Below are positions 57,001 to 64,000 of a stretch of DNA of 64,000 nucleotides, one piece after another. Made by a program: the position numbers and the translations under genes. Under the pieces are notes generated by a model. That model saw nothing but the letters and a program-made list of their open reading frames with translations. It searched no databases and had not been told where the DNA came from. The first letter of the stretch is position 1. Every line of letters begins with the position of its first letter. The stretch lies in contig JALDTO010000142.1 of assembly GCA_023515725.1 (NCBI GenBank), forward strand, positions 186,001 through 250,000, written 5' to 3'. The DNA comes from Amoeboaphelidium protococcarum X5. Lineage: Eukaryota > Fungi > Aphelidiomycota.

Positions 57001-57538
57001 CATATATTGTCTGTATTTGCATGTTAAAAGTTAAAGAAATTGGCAGCTGGAATTCTATGTCATTGCTGTTGACCACAGTAATGCCATGTTTGCGAAGGCT
57101 GACCATAGTAATAGATAAAGTAAAAAGGGATTACCCCCAATAATAAAAATAGTTATTATGTATATCAAATGATCTTCTTCAAAACTTGACATTTTTAATA
57201 TCCTTAAAGCTTTCAATGGTCTAGGATCTCGCGAAGTGTTCAAGCAACGCACTGTAGATTCAAAGCCAAGGTGATAGTTTTCAAAGCGTCTACAACTTCA
57301 TTATCATAAAACATAATAGACCACACATCTATATACCATACTCATTTCTGACAGACACTTAATAGCCATCAGGCGTCTGGTTGGACAACTTTGAGGCTTG
57401 AAATACAATTTTTAACATAATGAAGTAAACAAGATTACGCTCAAGATCTCCTGTTAATGCCCTCCAATCCCCTGGCTCTTTTTCTCTTCTAGAGATTCGA
57501 CGCGATAGTACTTAACATACCGTGATTTGAATTCAGAA

Positions 57539-57967
57539 ATGGGCATAAGACCACAGACAGTACTGAAAGTCATCGATAATTCTGGCGCTGCTTACCTAAA
57601 GTGTATAACCGTATTGGGAAAGAAGAAATCGGCTGGCGGTGTTGGTGATATCATTGTGGGATCTGTGAAGCATACGCGTGCCCTTGAGGATAACAAAACC
57701 AACTCAAAAGTGCAGCGCGTCGGTAGAGGAGAAGTTGTGCGGGCAGTTGTTGTCAGGACGCGTAAAGATTTTTAACGCGCTGGTGGAAATATATAAGATG
57801 GTACCTTTGTGAAATTTGATGATAATGCTTGCGTCCTGGTAGACTATGATAAGAAGAAGAACACAGTGACACCTAAAGGCACTAGAATCAATGGCGCGAT
57901 TGCCAGCGAACTCAGGTAAAAGTCGCTGCTACAGAAAGTAGTACAACTAGCTCCTTTTACTGTTTGA
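57539..57967 (+). CDS. Mitochondrial ribosomal protein uL14m
   Basis: [48 protein letters not shown]. Confidence 0.94.
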
Positions 57968-58044
57968 TTATATTTTAAATATTATAGAATAGCTTCACTC
58001 GAAAAGTTTTAATTACCAGTCTTTTTTATAATTTTTTGTATCAT

Positions 58045-59151
58045 TCACGCTGCTACTTGGAACATTTCAATCTATGATGTCACGTCTTCTGAAATAATCA
58101 CCTAGTCATTTACGTCAAGTTCTATAGCTTTATCATCTGAGCCTAATAAGCTGAGAGAAATGTCACCTGGAATAACTAGGCTTAAATTGACCGAATTTCC
58201 CAAAGCTGCCGCAAAGGCAGAACGCGCCATTTTCTCTGCAAGAGATCTCCTGTTGAAGAAGCTGACAACACTCTTGGGCCATCTCACGTACCATCTATTG
58301 CCATTAAAATCCGGGTTGGATGGAGCTGTGTGAGAAATGTAGCCAAATTTCAGGCTGCTTGGTTGATCACGTTGACTATCATAGGACAAATTGCTGGCCT
58401 GTTCATTATCCTGAGTAACGGCAGGCTTATTCTAGCCGAACCATCTTTGAAAAAACCATCTTCGATCCGGTAACTTGTCAGATGCAGCAACCTAAATATC
58501 TTAAATATCTTCCACTGTATCAGCGACTAACTACTTTTTATTCTAAGTGGCAATCAAAAAAGACTTGAAAGCTATCCTACCAAGCGCGAGGTAACCATCC
58601 ACCTAGCGTGCATTTTACTACTCATCCAGATCCTTCTCAATCAATCTAATTAGCGCTTCAATCGCCACAGGCTCAGCCTTCAGTTCATAATCAATAGCTC
58701 CGGCATCCAGTACAGGCTTGGCGAATTCGCGGAACGCCCATTTCAACTCTTCTAGCTCTCTGTACGCGTTATGAGTCTAAGATTCGCTAAATTCATTCTT
58801 CTACTATTCCGGATCATCCTAAGCTTTATCATCTGATATATCATTGCGTTACACGTCTAAAGATCGCGAGTACAGCGTTGGTGCGGCATAAACTATAAGC
58901 TTTCGCGGTTTTTCATCCCAGCTCTGAGTGGATTATAGGGCAATCTACTCGGCAGCTAAATCTTGATAATAGGACATGATTTAATTAGTTTTGTATCTGT
59001 CATACCCATACAGTGAGCCAATGGAAGTAAATACTGTTCCAAATATGGCCTATCCTCGCGAAATCTTTGGCAACTTGAACATTAAACTCTTAATCTTTTT
59101 GTTATTTAACTTTGTCTGTGGCTTCTTCTTTTTCTAATAGAGAGAGAACAT
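58045..59151 (-). CDS. TIM54: Mitochondrial import translocase Tim54 (alternative start 59082)
   Basis: KLPKISRG-TM-YDR, PRKLIVY, FREFAKPVLDAGAIDYEL, FFNRRSLAE. Confidence 0.8.
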
Positions 59152-59180
59152 TGCCAACGCTGATCTTTTATTGTATTGGT

Positions 59181-59655
59181 ATGTAGAACGAGGTAAATGT
59201 TATATAATGGGAGCCAACTGTAATGATTATGACAATCCAATAGAGAAGGTGTAGAAATTTCAAGAAGCTCAAATTAAAGTGAGGGGCCTGTACAAGTAGA
59301 TGCAGAGTTGCAAAACTCAGATCTTTAAGCGGGACAGAGAGGCTCGCGCTGATGAATTGGTGCTTAAGTAACTGGAGGAAATGCACAAGGATACCGCGCA
59401 ATAAGAGCCTCTGGTCGCTTACAAGGCCGTGGGTAAAGCATTCTTCCGGCAGCCTATAGATGATATTTAGACCGACTTGTAAAATGCTGTGGAGAAGAAC
59501 AAGCGCGAGGCTAATGTGTTGGAGAGGACGTTGCAGTATTTGGAATCTGACATTCGCGATCAGGAGGTACATCACTATTCGAGTATGTTTGCTTTCACCT
59601 CATATCTATCATGTCCATGTAGAGTATTCTATAAGAAATGTTAACCGCGAAATGA
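59181..59655 (+). CDS. PFD1: Prefoldin beta-type subunit 1; introns 59193-59254, 59567-59622
   Basis: KFQEAQ...YKAVGKAFF...LERTLQYLE coiled-coil/hairpin architecture; 118 aa. Confidence 0.82.
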
Positions 59656-59711
59656 TATATTCCTTTAATATGATGTATTAATTTTTTTTTTAAATTTGGC
59701 ATTGTACAAAA

Positions 59712-60116
59712 TCAGGCATGTTACAATCGAATCTACTCCACCAAGGCAGCGAATTAACTAAATCCAGCGGTATCACGCTTCAACTATTCGAATTCAGCTT
59801 CAAGATTATTAGGATTCGATTGTTAAGTCTTTCTGAGTTTTAACAAATGCTATCGAAGCTAGCGATCATTTAGAAGTGATTTAATCTACTCATTTTAATC
59901 CAGCGCATCACATTACGATTTAAATAAATCATCACTCTTTGGAGGCATGTTTTATACGCGCTCATCGATAGGTGGCTAAGCAATAGCTTTTACCACCTGT
60001 GTATGAGCCTATAGCTAATGCTTCTTAAAGCAGATCACCGAGCAATATGGGATTTTACATTGAGGGCACTTGTATTTTGATTCTTGATCAACGCAGATAT
60101 CACACTTTTTAGGCAT
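59712..60116 (-). CDS. HIT1: zf-HIT protein (Hit1/ZNHIT3, box C/D snoRNP assembly)
   Basis: [29 protein letters not shown] plus the C-terminal helical domain (IKSLLND..LRQHL). Confidence 0.85.
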
Positions 60117-60341
60117 TTTCTAACGCAATTTTCTCTGTCAATTCTAGCGCAGGAAAAATGAAAAGAGAAGCTGACGTTAATACGTCTCAGTAAGCACGCT
60201 GTGCATCTCCCACACTGTCAGAGATTAAACATTGAGCTCTCCTGCTTTTGGCGAATAGAAACGACGAAGGACAATAAAAATACCAACTGGCACGCTATTT
60301 CATACATTATAAATTTCACAATCTAAGTTGAAGTGATGCCA

Positions 60342-63326
60342 TCATAAGTATGCAGTTACAACTTCAATGCCGGAGCCTTTAACTAAAATGACACGCGGAA
60401 TGCCTTCGATTAGAATGTTGACGTATTCAAAGTAATCACTTGCAGGCATATCTTCAATTGGCGCAGGAAGACTGACAAACAGCAACTTGGCAACTTGAGA
60501 TTGCTCCTTGAAGATTTTATTTAGCTTCAACGATGTGTTCATGTACTCAGCTTTTTTACGGTCTATCGAGGTGATAACCTTTTCAGATGTTGATTACTCT
60601 TTCTTTTCATTTAAATGATATGGCGATATACGTTAATTATTGTTGTTTGCATTAGCAGGAGGATATACCATGAGTTAGTGAGAGTCTCTACGCATTTCAT
60701 GAAGAAGTTTATTGCGCGCCTGCATTTGCAGCGTCTTCTCATAGGAGAATGCTGACATGTCGCAGCTATCCAACTGGATGACGAGCGGTGTGGCATTAAT
60801 CCGTAGCTTATAAAGGAGAGTTCTCAATTGCTGCGTTATTGCGGACTGGTCATCATTCGCTTCAATCACAGTGATAATTCTCAACTAACAATTCTTCCAT
60901 ATCCGATGCTTCTTTAGAAGAAACGGCAGGAGAGTCAGAATTCCACCTTCATTGGTTATCCAATATACATCGATTGTGTCAGCGTTAGATAGAGGCTCAA
61001 ATTTATTAGAGGGAAATGGACTTTTAGCATCAGACTTCACGAGAACGAATGCCTACTGATTATTCAATGCACAATGCAAAACGCCATAGTAGTCTTGGTA
61101 CAGCTCACTCCGACCAGGATAAGACATGACGATAGTGTTTGGCTTCAACACACCCAGACCAGAGCTTTGCATTGCTACCACGCGAGCCTCTGCAACGTTG
61201 TCAGTAGAAATAGACCGAACAAAGCCTTGCATTTTGAATCGCTGCAACTCTGAGCGAAGGGCATTTTCGCGGTCACCGGTAGACTGGCTGGATTTCAGCT
61301 TTGATTTTTTAAAGCAATTAACCACAATACAGAGCCCGCCAGCTTTCCGTAATTGACTCAGAAAGTTCATCTGGGCACTGTTCTCTATTCTGCCATCCTT
61401 GACATCAACGAAAGCCAAAATCTGAGGTCTCCAGTTGACAGCACTTGGCTTCTGCTTTTCCAGTGTCAGAAGCCGCTTCTACGCCACGGAGATATTCAAT
61501 GCAAATAGACCAGAGCCATACTCTATGGTGGCGCCAGTGTACTCGACATAAGAGTACAAGGCACCTAGGGCGGCAGATATAGAAATGGCCACTATGTAAT
61601 TGATCAAGAACATGAACACCACTGATATCAATCCTCCAAGAATTGATGCAGACCAGTGATAAAATCTGAAAGTCGGCCTCCAATGAGGATGCTTAAGCAC
61701 GGCCAACAACGTGCACGCCAAATTGATAAATGCAAAGCAGAGAAGATAAAACAGAGTGGCAACAGAAGCAACAATGTTAAGGCCTCCAATTAGAACGACA
61801 CACTCTGTAATTAACACGGAGATAAGAAGGGATTTAAGTCGCGCATTAGACTCCAGATACTTGAGAGCCGGCAAGACTTCGTCGTGGACCATAGCCTATA
61901 GAATCTGTGGTCCAATCTACATTGCTTGCAAAGTCTGGGCAACTCCGCATATAAATATGCCAGCCAGACAGGCCTGATACGATGGCCATGATATGAGAGC
62001 ATACAGCAGGCCAACTTCAGGAGTCTTAGTCCGCAAAAGGGGACCAGCGTATGCAGACGCAAACAATAGAGTAAGCACTATATACACTACAATGGCCACC
62101 GCTGATGATATAAAAGTACCACGAGGTATAGATCTGGAGGCATTCTTCAATTCCCCACTCCTATTAGCACCGGCAATAAATCCGATAACCACAGGGAAGA
62201 AGATGGCAAAGCTCTTGACAAAGTTCAAACTATCAGGATTTACTTCATCTTTAAGATTAGTGCCATCATACGCAGGATTTAGATTAGAACTCAGAAATGA
62301 ACTGGGCAGTACCGCAAATAACTATGGGGCCCAGTAAGAGCGAGACATTGTCAGATAGCCAATGAATATAGAGAGGAGAACTAGTACAGTGATTGAGGCA
62401 AATATAAATCTTACTGATTTCATAACCAAGCGAAATCGAATGTCTAACCGCTGCACTTTTTACAACATGAGCTAGAATAAAGAGATAATGATTAATAGAA
62501 TTGAACCATATAATCGACTGTCTTGCCACCTATCTACAGATATCTGAGGAACAAGATAAGATAGAACTTCGACACAACCTAGAACGTAGACTGCTGCACC
62601 TATTTACGTGGCAAGATAGAGTAGAAAGCCGGAGGTAATTCCAATATCCTTACCTAGAGATCTACTAATTAAATAATACAATCCACCATTGGATACGACA
62701 CCATTGGTGCATATAGCAGACATGGACATTGTGGTGAGCAGTACCAGGATCATGGACATTAGTATAATAAATAGAGTATGAGTAACACCAGAATATCCAA
62801 TAATAAAAGGCAGACGTATAAACAGAAGAATACCAACCATAACCTAAAGATTTGGGATGATAACACCAACCAAAGTACCGCTGCAACCGATAAGCATCCG
62901 CATCCTGCGCGTCGGATCTTGACTTGACTCCCCAGGTTCAACCTCAATCTATCGCAGAAGACTGGACGGGTCCCAAGATCGCGCAGTTAGATAATGAGTG
63001 GCATAATTCGAGCCATACAAGGCAAGATTGGATTTAACAGTGTCATTGTAGTCATAATCTGCACTATCAAACAGATTGAGTTTACTACTCGGCAATTTCT
63101 TTTATTAATTCTAACTCTCTTCTGTAATCTAATCGCCTTATTCCGATTCATTTGCCTCTGAGATAGAGTCTACTACATCCAATTCAATAGACACCTAATT
63201 CTATCCTGATGGACGACGTGATTGAGATTACTCAGACGATCTTCTACCATCAGCAGGCTAGTTCTCAAATATATCCATCAGAGATTACGCATGTGGCGTC
63301 AAATACCGTTGATTCTACTTGGACAT
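60342..63326 (-). CDS. Cation-chloride cotransporter (SLC12, KCC/CCC1-like), 994 aa
   Basis: GTLVGVIIP, MSAICTNG..GGLYYLISRSLG, FAIFFP..GANRSGELK, WRPTFRFYHW, NWRPQIL, GLGVLKPN, IDVYW..EGG, GSGIEVVT. Confidence 0.95.
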
Positions 63327-63619
63327 TTTACATATATCTGTATTAAATTTTTTATGGACTATAAAAATATAAATATATTAACAGATTAAAGACGATATTA
63401 ATATGCTTTAAACAAGTGCTTATTAAGATCTTGTTTACTATACTTACACTCAGTTAAACAATGAAGGAGAAAAAGAAGACGCGCGGGTGTCAACACTCGT
63501 CGCGGTGGTAGACTTTAAGTGAATAAAATCACGTCTATTATTCTACAACAAGCACCATGTATAACGCGCGTTAATTGTTAGCTAAAAAGTTGGCAACTCT
63601 CATACGTGGTATGTTTATG

Positions 63620-64000
63620 GCCTATACCCGACCCAAATATGTTCAGCCTTTCAAAGCCGCAGACACACCGTAAAGATTGCAGATAGTAAAAAGCTCATCA
63701 AATCTCGTTGAAACACGTGTGAGTAATGGGCAAATGTCTGAGCTACATCAGCAAATTACACTTCTCGGTAACCCATACCTTGCTTATTAGATTAAAACTT
63801 TTCATTGTCAATATTGCCATTGAAATATGGTTCCACTGTCCTATGTTGTCCGTGCTTGTGCATTTCATAATACTGCTCAATCAAATTGTCGCGGATCTCC
63901 GAGATTAGCACAGCGCAAACACCACACTTACCACAAGCCTTATTCACATATAGTATTTTCTACTTATCCGTTTTATCTTGATTTAACGCCGAGGCTTTAT
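63620..64000 (-). pseudogene. Partial, apparently frameshifted alpha-kinase-like sequence (runs off window)
   Basis: VEPYFNG...KFQSN...AQTFAHYSHV in one frame, then TICNLYGV in another. Resembles alpha-kinase E..I.G..KYN.N / QAFSHFTY / vvDlQGV. Confidence 0.35.

Overview
Gene-dense eukaryotic nuclear DNA with about 42 protein genes, most of them fungal/opisthokont-like housekeeping genes. The standard-code ORF track is misleading here. TAA and TAG are sense codons (Gln) and TGA is the only stop. Re-read this way, the fragments join into full-length genes such as ORC4, VMS1, UVE1, GAL7, IDH1, DES1, EXO5, SDE2, DGA1, FMT1, NDUFA8, ELC1, SEC27, TIM54 and PFD1. This code combined with fungus-like genes matches what is known for the aphelid Amoeboaphelidium protococcarum; the identity is an inference. 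The most unusual signals concern splicing. All 18 introns I could reconstruct are 51-72 nt long and end in the same pentamer, TGTAG. An unannotated U5 snRNA gene (about 20251-20355) carries a substitution in the near-invariant loop I. Other points of interest: FMT1 has no TGA until it overlaps the next gene; three orphan secreted proteins; a bacterial-type cyclase-family gene; a Vms1 lacking ankyrin repeats; a PAH-only protein; a shootin-like coiled coil; an excess of ACGCGT; and a repeat-bearing element at 55-57 kb. All translations and family calls are by eye, without database searches.
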